This document shows, in pieces, positions 26,190 to 40,255 of a DNA stretch of 64,000 nt (position 1 is the stretch's first letter; each line of letters begins with the position of its first letter). The stretch comes from Octopus vulgaris (Eukaryota). The stretch spans positions 53,630,001 through 53,694,000 of the forward strand of contig OX597824.1 in the NCBI GenBank assembly GCA_951406725.2, in the 5' to 3' direction. The notes beneath the pieces were generated by a model. The model made no database searches, was not told where the DNA came from, and was given only the letters and a program-made list of their open reading frames with translations. Position numbers and translations under genes: made by a program.

Positions 26190-26720
26190 CATATCATCAT
26201 CATTTAACATCCATTTCCCATGCTGGCATGGGTTGGACAGTTTGACAAATGCTGGCAAGCCATAGGACTATGCCAAGTTCTACTGTCTGCTTTGGTATGG
26301 TCTCTATGGCCGGATGCCCTTCCCAACACCAACCACTTTACAGAGTGTAGTGGTTGCTTTTTACGAGCACCAGCAAGGTAACCAAGTAACCTGCAAGACA
26401 AAGATCTCTCAACTAATAGAAGTGGTATTGAGTGAGGTTGCTTTGTACCAGGTGATGAGAGAGAGAGAGATGGTTGCAATATATCAGGGCATACCCTCAT
26501 GGTATAAGGTGAATGTAAATGGAGTGGTAAAGAATTGCATGAGCAGAGTTTGTGAGAGTGCAACGGGGGAGAGAGGAAGGAAAGAGGAATGCAAATGAGT
26601 GGTGAAACACAGGTATATTGGGGAGCGACAGAATAGAAATGATACAGTTATCGGGGGAGGACAGGAGAGTGAGATGACAGAGTGGCTTTGGGCTGAAGGA
26701 GTGGCAGGGAAAGACAAGCA
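26190..26720 (-). mobile_element. RTE LINE 3'UTR fragment
   Basis: (ATC)n tail, CCATGCTGGCATGG, GGATGCCCTTCC. Confidence 0.65.
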
Positions 26721-26881
26721 AAGTGCATGACAGACACAATTGGCTTCTTTCTGTTACCATCTGTCAAATCCACTTACAAGGCTTTGGTCAGTCCTGGACA
26801 ATAGTAAAGTGTCATACAGTGAACAATACTGAATATTCAGATACAATACCACAGGTTATTTATTCACAAAGGGTAACTTAC

Positions 26882-26949
26882 GTTAAAAGCTCTTTTGTCT
26901 CCTCTCCTTTAGTCGCAGGTCTCATGTCTCGCTTCTGTATTATATATCC
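26882..26949 (-). CDS. NEMF: NEMF exon 9 (GYIIQKRDMRPATKGEETKELL)
   Basis: 68 nt, AG/GTAAG; GYIIQKR motif. Confidence 0.94.
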
Positions 26950-27993
26950 CTGAAATAAGAAGTGACAGAGAGAAGTGACAATGGAGATATCACACAAGTG
27001 ACAGTGATTTGGAACACACAAGAGCTATAACACAAGCAAGAATTGATAAGATATAAACAATAAAGTTCAAATATATGTGACAAGTAACAAATGACAGATA
27101 AGTAATGAAGGTAAAAAGAAATATTTCAAATGGAAATTTCATCTTGAATTACAATATTCAACAACTGTTTAGGAAGATAGCTTGTTTTTGTTTGTTTGTT
27201 TTTTTCTTAAATGGAACAATTTTTTGTACAAAAAGCTATCTCCAAAATCTGTTTGGCTATAAATTTAAGAAACTCTACATAAATCCCATAACTTATTCAA
27301 TCACATACTATTGCCATAGAATTCTACAGGCTCATGAGAAGAGCTTTTCCAAGTCTTCAAGGTATTTAGGTGACCAAGGTACAAGACTCCATCCTGAACA
27401 AGGTACCAGACAACAGCAGAGTTAATTTTCCAACTACCACCGATACTCATTTTTCAGCTGAGTGAACTGGAGCAATGTGAAATGAAGTGCCTTGCTCAAG
27501 GACACTGTTCACCATAAGTCTAAGAATCAAATCCACAATCCAACACCCTCACCACATCTTCACACAATCTCCATACTAACTTTGAAAATAAAATCAATAA
27601 TCTCTCTGAATGATAGTTTAGACTCTACTATATATTCCACTGATTGAGAAAGGTACCACTTAAAGACTTCATCATTATTGACCGTATAAAATGAATCAAA
27701 TTAAACTTGCATCATTCCAAAAGGATTTCAGCTAAGTAGTATAAGCCTATAAAAGTCTCATCGATTATACAGTGCTGCAATGCTTAGAGCAAAGCTATAC
27801 AGTTCATAGTGCCTATATTTACACAAGTAATCAGAACCATCTAAAAGGGAAGTGCATTGGCCACAGACACAATACTCAGTCATTTGTGGTTTTCATTATA
27901 TCACTAATATGATGATAATTAAGATATAAAGCTAATAAAAGTCAGATTGAAGAAAAATAAAATTTAAGGTCTGAAAGTTAGATTAATGCAAAC

Positions 27994-28067
27994 CTTAGTC
28001 TTCTGTGTTGAGAGATTTTGAAACAGTTCAGCAGCTTTTTCTAAAGCATTCATCAATTTGTCAAAAT
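27994..28067 (-). CDS. NEMF: NEMF exon 8 (DFDKLMNALEKAAELFQNLSTQKTK)
   Basis: 74 nt, AG/GT, phase 1-0. Confidence 0.9.
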
Positions 28068-28186
28068 CTAAAAAATAGGGGAAAAAAATCAACTCCTATT
28101 AAAAGACAGTTACTTAATTGGAAGGATGTATTGAAATAATATCATTATCATAATAACAATAATAATGATGATTTTTCACATTGAGA

Positions 28187-28350
28187 AGGCGGCAAGCTAG
28201 TAGAAACATTCTGAGTTCAAATTTCGCCAAGGTCGACTTTGCCTTTCATCCTTTCAGGGTCAATAAATTAAGTACCAGTTGCGTACTGGGGTCAATCTAA
28301 TTGACTGGCCCCCGCCCCCAAAATTTCAGGCCTTGTGCCTAAAGTAGAAA
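28187..28350 (+). mobile_element. Meta-type SINE with GGCCTTGTGCC tail
   Basis: GGCGGCAAGCTAG head, GCCTTTCATCCTTTCAGGGTCAATAAATTAAGTACCAG core. Confidence 0.75.
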
Positions 28351-28499
28351 AATTTTTTCACATTGAGACAAGTACTTTACTAGTGCAATTTTATCAATTT
28401 TCAAAGGTTAGAAAGTAAAATATATACCCTAGCAGGAAGAGGACACAGTCCTTAAGAATTCAGCATCACACCTTCAGTTACAACATTAACAATAATAAT

Positions 28500-29230
28500 G
28501 GTTTTTGATTTAGGCACAAAGCTAGCACTTTTGAGGAGAGAGGTTTAGTCAATACCATTGTTAGCAGTAGTAGACTGCTACTTTATTTTATCAGCTCCCT
28601 TCCTCTAACCCAGTCCAAAAGGATAAAAAGTTGACCTTGGCAGGATTTGAACTCTGAATGTGAAGAGTCAAAACAAACACTGCAAAGCATTTCATCCAAT
28701 GAAATTACAATGGCAGTTTATAATGAGGGAAAGAAAGGGAAGAGAGGAGGAAAGATGGGATAAAAATTGGACATCATAATCATTCACACACTGTACAAAA
28801 TATCTGAACATAAAAATGGTTTCTAATTGAGGCACAAGGCCAACAACTTTGAGGGAAAAGGATTACTCATTACCATCAAACCCCAGTTTTTGACTGGTAC
28901 TTATATCAACCTTAAATGAATGAAAGGTAAAGTTGACTTTGGTAGGATTTGAAATCAAAACATAAGGAGTCAGAACAAATACTGCAATGCTCTAACAATT
29001 CTGGTAATTCTTTGCTCTAAAACTGTTTCTGATTTAGTCACAAGATCAGCTATTTTGAGGAGATGGAGTTAGTCAATACATCAACCCTAGTAATTAATCA
29101 ATACTTTATTTTATCAAGCCTGGATGGATGAAGGACAAAACTGACCTCAGAGAGATTTGAACTCAGAACTGGAACAAATATCATAAAGTATTTTTTCTAA
29201 TGCCATAACAATTCTACCAATTTTTTATTT
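28500..29230 (-). mobile_element. Cluster of three degraded Meta-type SINE copies
   Basis: Repeated GGCACAAG...GATAAAA/GAAAGG...GGATTTGAACTC blocks. Confidence 0.6.
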
Positions 29231-29329
29231 GTCACCAGGGTGACACATAGGGAAGAAAATTGCAAAGACTAATATTATAAAGTTTACATAGAAAGCTGAA
29301 TGAGGTTAAAAAAAAAAAACCCCAGAAAA

Positions 29330-31600
29330 TATACAAGTTTAATGAAAAATGATGATACACTTAGTGACTCAGAGAAAAAAGATTCGTGCCACTATGAAAG
29401 GTTACCAAATGTGGAAAATGAATAGGAGAGTCTTTCAAATATCAAACCAATTGAGGGACCAGCCATCAGAGTTGATAGCAGCATAATAGATAAGACAATT
29501 AAGGATATGAAGTCAGGGAAAGCCCCTAGGCCATCAGGAATCACTGCTGAGATGACTAAAATATCCGATGGTGTAGGACACAGCCTAGTCATCCATATAG
29601 TTAATCAGGTTATTCAGGGAGACGCTATCCCCAATAACTGGTGTAGTAGTATTATAGTTAGCTACTACATGGGTAAAGGTGATACCCTAAATAGAAACAA
29701 CTACAGAAGTATGAAACTGTTAGATCAGATCATGAAAGTTACTAAGAAGGTTATAGCTCAATTGATTAGGAAATAGAATTAAACTAGATGAGATGCAGTT
29801 TGGTTTTGGACCTGGGAGAAGTACCACAGATGCCATCTTCTTAGTGAGACAGCTGCAGGAAAACTATTTGGCCAAAAGTAAGACTTTCAACAGAGTCCCC
29901 CACTCTGTTATCTGGTGGTCTCTAAGTAGAGGAGTGGCTTGTTAGAGCTGTACAAGCCATGTACAGTGGGGTTGTCAGTAAGGTGAGAGTCAGCCACACA
30001 GTGATGAACCTAGCATACAAGTAGGAGTTCAATAAGGTTCAGTTCTCAGCCCCCTCATTCATTATAGTTTTCTAGGTCATAAACAGAGGAATTCAAAACT
30101 GGATGCTCATGGAAACAACTTTATGTTGATGACCTTGCTCTTATTGCAGAATCAGTAACAGAATTGGAGAAGAAATTCCAGGTATAGAAGCAAAACCTGG
30201 AATCAAACAGCCTTAAAGTTAACCTAGCAAAGACCAAAGTTGTTGCTAGCAAGAAAGAAGATAAGACTCTCTTCCCATCAGGTAAATGGCCCTGCTCAAT
30301 ATGTAGAAAAGGAGTTGGAAGTAATTCCATTCACTGCACCCAGTGTAAACTATGGACACATAAGAGATGCAGTGGAATCACAAGTAGATTAACAGATAAA
30401 GTCGTCTTTGTATGAGGAAGATGTGCAGGAACAATAAGCACGAAGAGCACATGGGACTTAGACTCTCTCAAATACCCAGGAGGTACTCTTGTAGATAGTT
30501 TCAGTTACATACGTGACCAAATTAGTAATGGTGGAGGATGCTCTGAAAGTATTCTAAGAGAAGAATAGGATGGAAGTTCAGAGAGCTGTTACCTCTGTTG
30601 GCAACAAAAGGACTCTCTCTCTCTCTCAGAGTGAAAGGTAGATTGTATGATGCTTGTTTGTGAACGGCTATACTCCATGATTGTGAGACATGGGCTCTGA
30701 ATGTGGAAGACATGTGTAGACTAGAAAGGAATGAGGGTAGTATGCTCTGTTGGATGTGCAACATCAGTGTGCATGTACAACAATGTGCAAATGTATTAAG
30801 AGAAATGTTGGGCATAAGAGGAATCAAATGCAGCATGCAAGAGAGAAGATTACATGGGTTTGGACATGTGATGCATATGAATGAGGGCAGCTGTATAAAG
30901 AAGTGCCGATCACTGAAAGTGGAGTGTGCCCACAAAAGAGAGAGACCCAGAAAGACATGGGATGAAGAGATAAGGATAGATCTCGGGATGTTGGGCCTCG
31001 CAGAGGAAATGACAATGGACCAAGATTGGTGATATGAAGTTCTTGAGAAGACCCACCCATGTCAGCAAAACTGAGTTTTAGAAGTGCTGTGTGTTCCAGC
31101 CACATGTAACAAGAAAACTTTGCACACACCCTCCTACAACAAACCAAACTACATCTCTTCTCTTCCTAACATCTCCTCTTTCATGCACTATGCTTATCTC
31201 TCACTCCCCAATCCTGCCCTCACAGCCCTGTTCACTGTACCATTGCTAGCTAGTAGCCCCCACCTCTCTATATACCCAAGTTTTCACCATTCACTACATT
31301 CCCCTCCCCTACTCATGCTTCTTTGACAATGCCTTGCCACTTATATTATGACTTCCATGCCTCAAGAATATGCCCTGGCACTTACTACCATCTCTCTCTC
31401 TCTCTCAACTATCCCATTTATATTCTGATCTCCATCTCCTGCCCAGCATTTTGTCATCTCTCTCTCCTGTACTCCTGCTCTCACACATTCTTTCTTTCTT
31501 TCTCCTGCTCTTCCCTCAGGTTGGGTAACAATGTATCTCCTTTACAGCAGAACACCTGTTTCTATCCTTGCTCTTAATCTCTCACTTGCTCTCTCTCTGT
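29330..31600 (+). mobile_element. Decayed RTE-type LINE with PHD-like finger inside ORF
   Basis: KSGKAP.PSG, NYR, QFGF, YVDDL, then CSICRKGVGSNSIHCTQCKLWTHKRCSGI, then RRL..FGHV; many stops. Confidence 0.85.
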
Positions 31601-32918
31601 CTTGCATCACACAGCTGCCTTTATTATAATCACTAGACAGAGGAAAACTGCTTTCCCTGCCCAGTTAAAGGAGGGCAGCAAGATAATCATCCCAATGGAC
31701 TCAACTGATAGCCAGATCTATCCCACATTCAACAGCAACTGTTCAACATAACTTTACAAAACTACAATGGCTGAATACTGAAAGAGTGCAGGTAGATGAC
31801 TTTGTCACTCTGCTTGCATCTTCAACAGACTGTCAAATGGCACTTTTGTGTCTGTGCAGTTGGTCTTGAACCAGTAACAACCCTCAGGGACACTTTCAGA
31901 CCATGGGCTTCAGGAAGTTATACATAGTAGTCTTCAGCCTGACAATGCTTTGGGACAGATTAGCCAGTTCATTTTCATTGATACCCAGAGTTTTCCTGAC
32001 AATGGCAGCATTCTTCCTCCTCTGTTACTATTTCATAAACTGCTGGGATAGAACTCAATCCTATTTTCAACTAGTTAAGGGTGTTGAGTGCATGACACTC
32101 CAGACAGCCAGACCTGGTATTTGCTTGACCCAGAACTGTAGCTGTGGAAAAATGTGTCTCACAAGCAACACCTTCTCAACTTCCAAGAATCTCTGTAAGT
32201 TATGCAGCCTAACCATGTGTTTGTGTATCAACTACTACAACATACCTAGCTCCCAATACAGAGGGTACTGGCAGTAGCTGGACCTTCCACAAGAAGCCAT
32301 CTGAAGAGCTGAGACTCCAGTCTGATCGGATAATAATTGGAGTAAGGCATGACAATTAGGTAGTAAAAGAATAATGGGGATGATTTAATTGTTGTGCCAT
32401 CACTGCCTAACCTTTCAAGAATAGCTTCCTCTCAGCCCATTTCTGAGCTAGCCATCCTACATCTGTTCCAAATTCCACAGCTGTGGCTTGAGCCAACAAT
32501 TTACAACAGAAGTAAGAGGAGATACCAGACAAATTGAATGTACAATGCAAAATGGTTCTGAGATTCCACTGTTATTTGAATGTTATGAAGATTAGAGGGT
32601 TTCTTGCACTTGTCAAACCATCCATGAATAACCACAAATCTTTGAGTGACTTCCTCAGCTTCTTCTGATTTCAACTGTTTGAAATATATTTAACGCCATT
32701 TGCTGGATAATAGCTTAGGAAATTGTTAAGGACAGTAGCATTATTCAAAGACTTAACATTTTCTCCCTATTTTTAATGGGTTTTTTTACTATGTATTCAT
32801 GTTAGTTTAGAAATATTCTGCTCACTTGAAGTTTGCATGGTAACTTTTATCTTGTCAGACTGATTAATTTTGAAGGGGATTTTTTTCTACTCTGTTTTAT
32901 AATCTTTAGTTTGGTATT

Positions 32919-33135
32919 TAATCCTTTATTATTTAAATGGCTATATTTGACCCAAATATTCTAACAGTTTTATGTTCAAACTGGCCAGATCAGGCATCTC
33001 ATACTTCCCCTACAATGTAATTGTAAAAATATACATCATTGAAATCTCTAAGCTACAAAATAATGCATGATTAATTCAAAATAATGTGCAAATATGCATT
33101 ACATTTGACAAATAATCAGAATGCTGAAGGGTTAA
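32919..33135. mobile_element. TTAA-flanked MITE (second copy at ~41238-41455)
   Basis: TTAA.CCTTT...AAGGG.TTAA; internal sequence shared with the 41.3-kb copy. Confidence 0.6.
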
Positions 33136-33399
33136 TGACATAAAATAAAAGTTACTTCATTTAGTTTTTCATTTTAACTGCTGTACTTTAAGAAATTACA
33201 AATAGTACACAATATGATGTAGCATGAGCAAACACACTAAAACACAAAAGCAGATCATAGTGACTGGCTGATTGCTTGCCTTTGTGCATGTAACAAGGTG
33301 GTTCTTTATAAGGAAGTTTATATTTAAGCAGAAAGTTCTAGGACTGGTCATGGGAGATTTCAGTAATTTCTGATTGTTAAATTGCTGCAAAATTAAGCA

Positions 33400-33615
33400 A
33401 AGTAGCAAGCTGGCAGAAACATTAGCATGAAGGGCAAAATGTGTAATGGCATTTCATCCATCTTTATGTTCTAATTTCAAATTCTGCTGGGGGTCAATTT
33501 TGCCTTTCATCCCTTTCAGAGTCAATAAAATAAGTACCAGTTGAGCACTGGGGTCCATGTAACTGACTTAGCTCCTCCCCCAAAATTGTTGGCCTTGTGC
33601 CAAAATTTGAAACCG
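33400..33615 (+). mobile_element. Meta-type SINE
   Basis: GCAAGCTGGCAGAAAC head, GCCTTTCATCCCTTTCAGAGTCAATAAAATAAGTACCAG core, GGCCTTGTGCC tail. Confidence 0.7.
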
Positions 33616-33724
33616 AAATTAAACTCCAGTATAACAAGGTTTTGTCCACAGAGGTAGAACATAACAATATATTGGTATGGTTACACACACACACACATAC
33701 CTATATATAAATTGATAAACCCAC

Positions 33725-33814
33725 CTGTATCTATGTGGAAGCCATCATTAATTTTGACAGCATCACTAAATCCTGCACTTAAAAGACAATGCTCTATAAG
33801 AGCAGGACCAAAAT
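33725..33814 (-). CDS. NEMF: NEMF exon 7 (DFGPALIEHCLLSAGFSDAVKINDGFHIDT)
   Basis: 90 nt, AG/GT; GPALIEHCLL motif. Confidence 0.94.
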
Positions 33815-34742
33815 CTGTTAAGAAAAAAGAAATAACACATAAATAAAAATACTTATTTAAGCTTGAAAATATTAATTATTTCTTATGACTAAACATTAGC
33901 TCAATTTTCTATGACAACACATATATTCACATTTGGACTGTTTTGTAACTCATTATAAATACCTTGCATTATGGTCCTTTTAAGGTAAAATTAAATTTAA
34001 TTATTTGCTAGCATAGATGAGTTGACTTTAGCCATTTTGAACATTTGCATACATTGAAGAAGTCATTTTACTGTAGGATGTTCCTTTTACTATTATCTAT
34101 TCAATCAGAGCAAAGAGTGGATCTTTACTTAAACATTTAATGATAATACATGTGACTTTTATTATGAGCACAACCCAGTAGTTACAGTAGAAATGATTCA
34201 GCTAACAATGATGTTTTGGAGATTTTTTTTTTAAGTTTGTAAGGTAAAGGGTGCTTGTAATCCTTGAAGGTCTTCTCAGACTCAGATATGTGAGATTGAT
34301 GTGATAATGTCCAGCTTGAACACCTGCAAGAAAAACAGTACAAAACCAGAGATCTGGTCCAAACACTCACAACAGAGTGAAGTCTGCTAAAGGTACCCAA
34401 AGACAAAGTGATGGTGCTAAATCATGCCTTGATATTAAATGTGTGAGGCCTACAAATTATGTAGGTAGTAATCTTGCACCCTTAACTTCACAACCATTTT
34501 TTATTCACATCATGTGCCATGAGTGTAATTCTGACAAAATATTATAAGAGTTGATACAAAGGAAGGATACAAGTATTGTTAATATTTCAAATGGAACACT
34601 ATCTAGTACTGATCGGGTCAGGAACCACCACAGAATGCTGAAAAGGCATTCTATCATGCAGAAATTTAGGAATCAATGTTAGAACAAGAAATTTTACAAC
34701 TACATTTGTCCCAATACTGAAGTAAAAAATAAAAACAATTAC

Positions 34743-34810
34743 CAGTTGCAGGAAGTAGAGTCCGTTTGAGTGGGTTCCCATTTTTGGATTCCTTAAGAAT
34801 CGAGTAAATT
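34743..34810 (-). CDS. NEMF: NEMF exon 6 (IYSILKESKNGNPLKRTLLPAT)
   Basis: 68 nt, AG/GT, phase 2-1 fits neighbours. Confidence 0.88.
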
Positions 34811-35602
34811 CTGAAATATTAATAATATATAAGAATTTAGTTGCTCATTTGTTGCTATATTCTGAGTTTCCCATGTGAGGTATATTATGCAAATCAATCA
34901 ATAAATATTACTATTGATTACTGAGTGATCTATCTTTTATTTCTATACTCTAAGTTCATGTAAATGATATATTAGCAAATATAACATCAATGCATATGTT
35001 TGTTACGATGCATTTCACCCCTGCTCTGAAAGAGAAAACATCAGATTATCAGTACTACATGAAATCTGAAGACTGAAATTTCTGTTTATCCAGTCTGTCA
35101 TGTATACATACAGCTATAAAACTCAAGGATTCCACTAGCAGTTTTAGCACAATAAAAGGTAAATTTTGTGAGATTGCAGAGGTGCTGATATGAGGCAACT
35201 AGATATGTTCTGTGTACAAGAAATAAGATGGTTGGAAGCCTCAGTCAGACACCTCACAAGCATGAAATATGATCATCATCATTGTTTTAATGTCCACTTT
35301 TCTGTGCTTGCATCGGTCAGACAGAATTTGTTGAAACAGGTTTTCTATGGTTGGATGCCTTTTCTGTCACCAACTGTTGCCTGTTTTCAAGCAAGGTAAT
35401 ATTTCTCCAAAGACAGATGTTTTTATGGGACATTGGAAACAAACATCACTGCTTGTGTGACAGTAGGCTCATCCACAACTATCATGTGATGTCAAGGAGA
35501 CATAAATTAACACATATACACACACTGTAAATGTGTGTGTGTGTGTGTGTGCATATATAAATATATATATATGCTGAAGTAAACCAAGGTGCTATAATAT
35601 AT

Positions 35603-35640
<38 letters not shown>

Positions 35641-35853
35641 GTAAACAGCAGGTTTCTTTCAATTTCTGTCAACCAAATCCACTAGGCATTGGTCAACCAA
35701 ACACCATAATAAAAGATACTTAATTACCAACCATGTGGGATACTTGAAGTAACAGAATAATTAAGCTTAGGCTAGTCATGGATAACAGTGATCCTTGAAT
35801 CAAAACTAACTAGTGGATAAAAGGACCTTTTCTGTGAGGCCTAGTGCAAATTA

Positions 35854-37106
35854 TTAGGTTGTCAAGAAAGTTCTCGCGGAATTTTAAATTTTGGTTTTAA
35901 ATGATGTATTTTCAAATTAATTTTCGTTAAATTACTTTGACTTTATATATCATTTTAAAGCCTATTTTTCGCTCTATCTAATCGTGTTACTCTTTTTTCT
36001 TTTTAAATAATTAGGCCATTTTTTTCTGGAACATTGAATATTGCATGGACAAAAAGCAAATTCACACAATTTTCTTATTCCAGTTCAAGCTAGGCCGAAA
36101 AGTTCTGAAACAGCTCACGATATCAACGATGCATTTGGTCCAGGTTCAAGAAATTTCGTAGCGGTGATGAGAGTCTTGAAGATGATAAGCGTAGTGGTCA
36201 GCCATCAGATGTTGACAATGATCAGCTAAGAGCCTTAGTGGAAGCCAATTCACACACAACTGTTCTAGAGCTTGCTTCTGAATAAGACGTAATATATACA
36301 ACAATTTCCAACCACTTGAAAGAGTTTGGAAAAACAAAAATACTTTAGAAATGGGTGCCACATGAATTGAACAACAACCAAAAGAAACACCGCTTTGAAG
36401 TGTCATCTTTCCTTCTTTTACACAACAAGAACAACCCATTTCTCGACCGGATTGTGACTTGCAATGAAAAGTGGATTCTTTACAACAACCAGCAATGCTC
36501 AGCTCAGTGGTTGGACGCTGACGAAGCTCCACGGCACTTCCCGAAGCCAAAGTTACACTAAAAGAAGGTCATGGTGATTGTTTGGTGGTCTGCGGCCGGT
36601 CTTATCCATCACAGCTTTTTGGATCCAGGTGAAACCATTACAGCAGAGAAGTACTGTCAGCAAATGGATGAGATGCATAAGAAACTCCGACAATAGCCAG
36701 CATTGGTCAATAGAAAAGGACCAATTCTTCTCCATGACAACGCTCGGTCACACATCACACAAGTGACCCTGCAGAAGTTGAACAAATTGGGCTACAAAAC
36801 TCTGCCTCATCCGCCATACTCACCAGACCTCTCGCCTACCGACTACCACTTTTTCAAGCTTCTCGATAACTTCCTGTCTAAGAAATGCTTCAAAAACCAA
36901 GACAATACCAAACACGCCTTCAACAACTTCATCGCCCCCAGAACATAGGATTTTTACATTACTGGCATAAATAAACTTGTTTCGCATTGGCAAAAGTGTG
37001 TTGATTCTGACAGTGTTTATTTTGATTAATAAAGTTTTGTTTGAGCTGAAATATGTGCATCTGAATTTAAAGGTTAAAAACTGCAAAAACTTTCTTGACA
37101 ACCTAA
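35854..37106 (+). mobile_element. Full-length decayed mariner (Hsmar1-like TIR)
   Basis: TA|TTAGGTTGTCAAGAAAGTT TIRs; WVPHEL, HDNAR, PPYSPDLSPTDYHFF; stops and frameshifts. Confidence 0.9.
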
Positions 37107-37603
37107 CATATCAATAATAAATGACAGCAATCTGGTTATTATGACCAGGGATTTTGTTGGACAAGTTAAGCAATACCATGATAGCTACTCCAGTATGTTA
37201 TGGAGAGGACATAGATATGGTTCAGAAAATAATTATTGAGATTCCTGCAGTTCTGTGATGCAAATAATGTAACCTTTTGCAACACTACCTTCAGGATACT
37301 GGCCAACTACTTGATCAACCCTCAATCAGGTGAACACACAAGTAAAATTGACTTCATACTCACAAGGAAGCAGGAGAATCAACTGATTACGAATAAGCAA
37401 CATGAAAACACTCCACACTATATACTTCTTTCAATCACTACATATTGATGAAATCATCAGCTCCTAAATCCAATCATATTACAAGATATTACAGTAATTT
37501 TTTGTTTTTGTTTTTTCTTATAAGCTAATCAATGACACATCAATTCAACAATGCACAAGTAGAAATAGCAGTCTATAGTGTAAGGAAACAAAGATGGCCT
37601 TAC

Positions 37604-37749
37604 TTTTCACATTCAACAGGTTCATATTGCTTGGCACTGCTAACTGGGTATCTCTCCCGAACGACAAGCTTTACATCTTCACTCTCATTGGACCGAGGGC
37701 GCAAAATATTTAAGATAACATAATTATAATCTGTTAAAACAATATTTCC
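37604..37749 (-). CDS. NEMF: NEMF exon 5 ([19 protein letters not shown]...VRERYP...)
   Basis: 146 nt, AG/GTAAG. Confidence 0.96.
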
Positions 37750-37874
37750 CTAGAAAAAAAGAAAATTTGAAAATCATGACTGACAACCCTGCCAGCAAAA
37801 AACAAAATTGACTACATGAAAAGCCAACAAAGAAACTAAGTAAAAGAATAAGGTAAAAAATCTAATTGCCTTAC

Positions 37875-38000
37875 ACGATCATACATCTCTAATATTACAT
37901 GATAAGCTGCTTCTGATGAACCAAACTGTAAATCAACAACTCGGTCGATGCCAAGCTGATGCACAGCCTCCAAACGACGACCCCGGAGATGTTTCCGAAG
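37875..38000 (-). CDS. NEMF: NEMF exon 4 ([42 protein letters not shown])
   Basis: 126 nt, AG/GTAAG; carries the conserved NFACT-N DR motif. Confidence 0.96.
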
Positions 38001-39005
38001 CTGTGAATAGAGAAGTATATAAAATACCTGATTAAATATGTTACCAATTTTAAAAATCTCATCATGGTCATAAAATATCGTTAATTTATTATTTTCATTA
38101 TTTCAGTGAATTTTGTATGTTTATAATTAAAAACAAATGTATTTTTGTGTTTACAAATATTCACTTAGTGCTTAAGTAAAGGGTGAGATTTTTTTACTAT
38201 TGATTTATTTGTATTGATGGAAGGTAAAAGAGTTCCTCAGACAACTGTGTCAAGCTCCAATGTTTGATTTTTAGCAATGTTTATATGGCTTCCTAATGTC
38301 AACCACTTCACAAAGTATACTGAGTGCGTTTTTTTTATGCAACTTGCAAGACTAAGGGTCTAAAAGGGGGTCTGTATAACTGTAGAAGAATAGGCAAGGG
38401 TGTATGATGATTCTAGGTGGGAAAATGAGAGAGGATAAAGTGATGATGACAGTAACAGATTTATAGGTGTGAAAGAGAGGTAGTGAAGGGAAGGATTATG
38501 AAAGGGATTGGGAAAAGAGAAGAGATTGGTTAATGAGAAAGCAACAGAGTAGTAAGGTGGGTTATGAAGGTGGGGAAAACATTATATGAAAAGGTATGAA
38601 GGGAACACGAAAGAAAACATGAAAGCTCTGGGAAGAGAAGAATGAGAGAAAAAGAGACAGAGGATGGGAAAGCAGTAGGTGAGTGCAACAAGAGCAGTGA
38701 GAGAAGGAGAAACTGGAAGGACCCATGGAAATAAAGGGAAGAACAGAGTATGAATATAGAGAAAGTATTTCAAGTAGGGAGCTGTCTGTGGAGAGAGAGA
38801 AATATAAATCTCTTTTTAGGAAACTCAAATGCAAATGAAGCTATCATCATCATCATTTTGTCTGCTTTCCATGTTGGCATAGCTTGAACAGGTCAACAAG
38901 ATCCATGTTAGGACCATATCTCACTCTAATGTATCAGTTTTCACATGGTTTCTACGGATGGTTGCACTTCCTAACTCCAAGCACTTTATGGAGTGTGCTA
39001 CATAT

Positions 39006-40255
39006 AGAAGGGGTGTTCATTAAAGATTTCCCCTAACTCACTTGCAGTTATTGCAGGAAATGGAACTTGTACAGGTATAATCATACATGTCTCTACATGT
39101 CACATTATAAATTTCAGCTTTCCACTAGTATTCGTTTGTCTTTTACAGCTGCTGAAGTGAACTAAGGTGCTATAATGGAGGCAGTTGAATGCAGATCAGT
39201 GATCAAGTTCTTATACTTGAAAGGTCATCTACCAAAAGAGACTTTCAATGAGATGAAAGAAGTTCATGGTGACAATGCATCATCATACAACATAGTCATG
39301 GAGTGGCATTGCCAGTTCAAATGTGGTTGGACATTAGTGGAAACTGCTCTTATTCCTGGACAACCACATTCTGCCATTGATGATGACACCATCCATAAAG
39401 TGGAAGCTGCCATTTTGGAAGATCACTGCAAACTGTTCAGCAATTAGCCCAAGAAGTGAAGATAAGTCCGTGGAAAAAGTTATTCACAACCACCTGCACG
39501 TGCGGAAGTTGGCTGCATGATGGATTCCCCAGATGCTACACCTTTTCAGAAGCAGGAACAAGTCAATTGCTCCCAGGCTCTTTTGGTAATGTACCAAGAA
39601 AATGAGGAGGACTTTTTCAGCAGACTTATCACACAGTATGAAATACAGATCTATCACTATGATCTTGAGATTAAAGTCCAGTCAAAGCAATAGAAGCATG
39701 ATAACTCACCACTGCCAAAGAAGGCTCATGTCCAACCCTCAGCAGATAAGGTGATGCTCAGTCTTTTTGGACCAGCACAGAGTGATGATGATGGATCTTC
39801 TGGCAAAGGGCACCACAATTTATGGGGCATATTATGCCTCTCTGCCACAGAAATTGCAGGACACCATCAAAGCAGAGATGCCCAGCATACTGACCAAAGG
39901 AGTCAGCCTCTGCCAAGACAAAGCCCTAATTCAAATTGTGTATGTTGCACAGATGAAAGCATACTCCTACAGCTACGAAATCCTACCTTATCCCCTTACA
40001 CTCCCAACCTTGCACCATCTAACTTCCACCTCTTTCCAACCATCAAGTCTTTTTTGAAGAGGAAGCACTTTTTGGGTGATGATGAACTTCTTTCCAAGAT
40101 ATAGTCTACCGACTTCTATACAGACAAGATCTTCACGGCTGCCTAAAACGATGGGAGAAGTGTGTCAACATTTGTGGTAGCTATGTAGAGGACTAATAAT
40201 TATGCCAAGTTTCATTTATCTCACTCCTTAGGAAGTGGGTCAGGGGAAATCTTAG
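39006..40255 (+). mobile_element. Decayed mariner related to the 11312 element
   Basis: MEAVECRSVIKFLYLKG..., PYTPNLAPSNFHLF; degenerate TIRs. Confidence 0.85.

Noticed and set aside
34599-34720. Extra NEMF exon after exon 6
   Set aside because: The required phase hits a stop within five codons; the real exon 7 is at 33725-33814.
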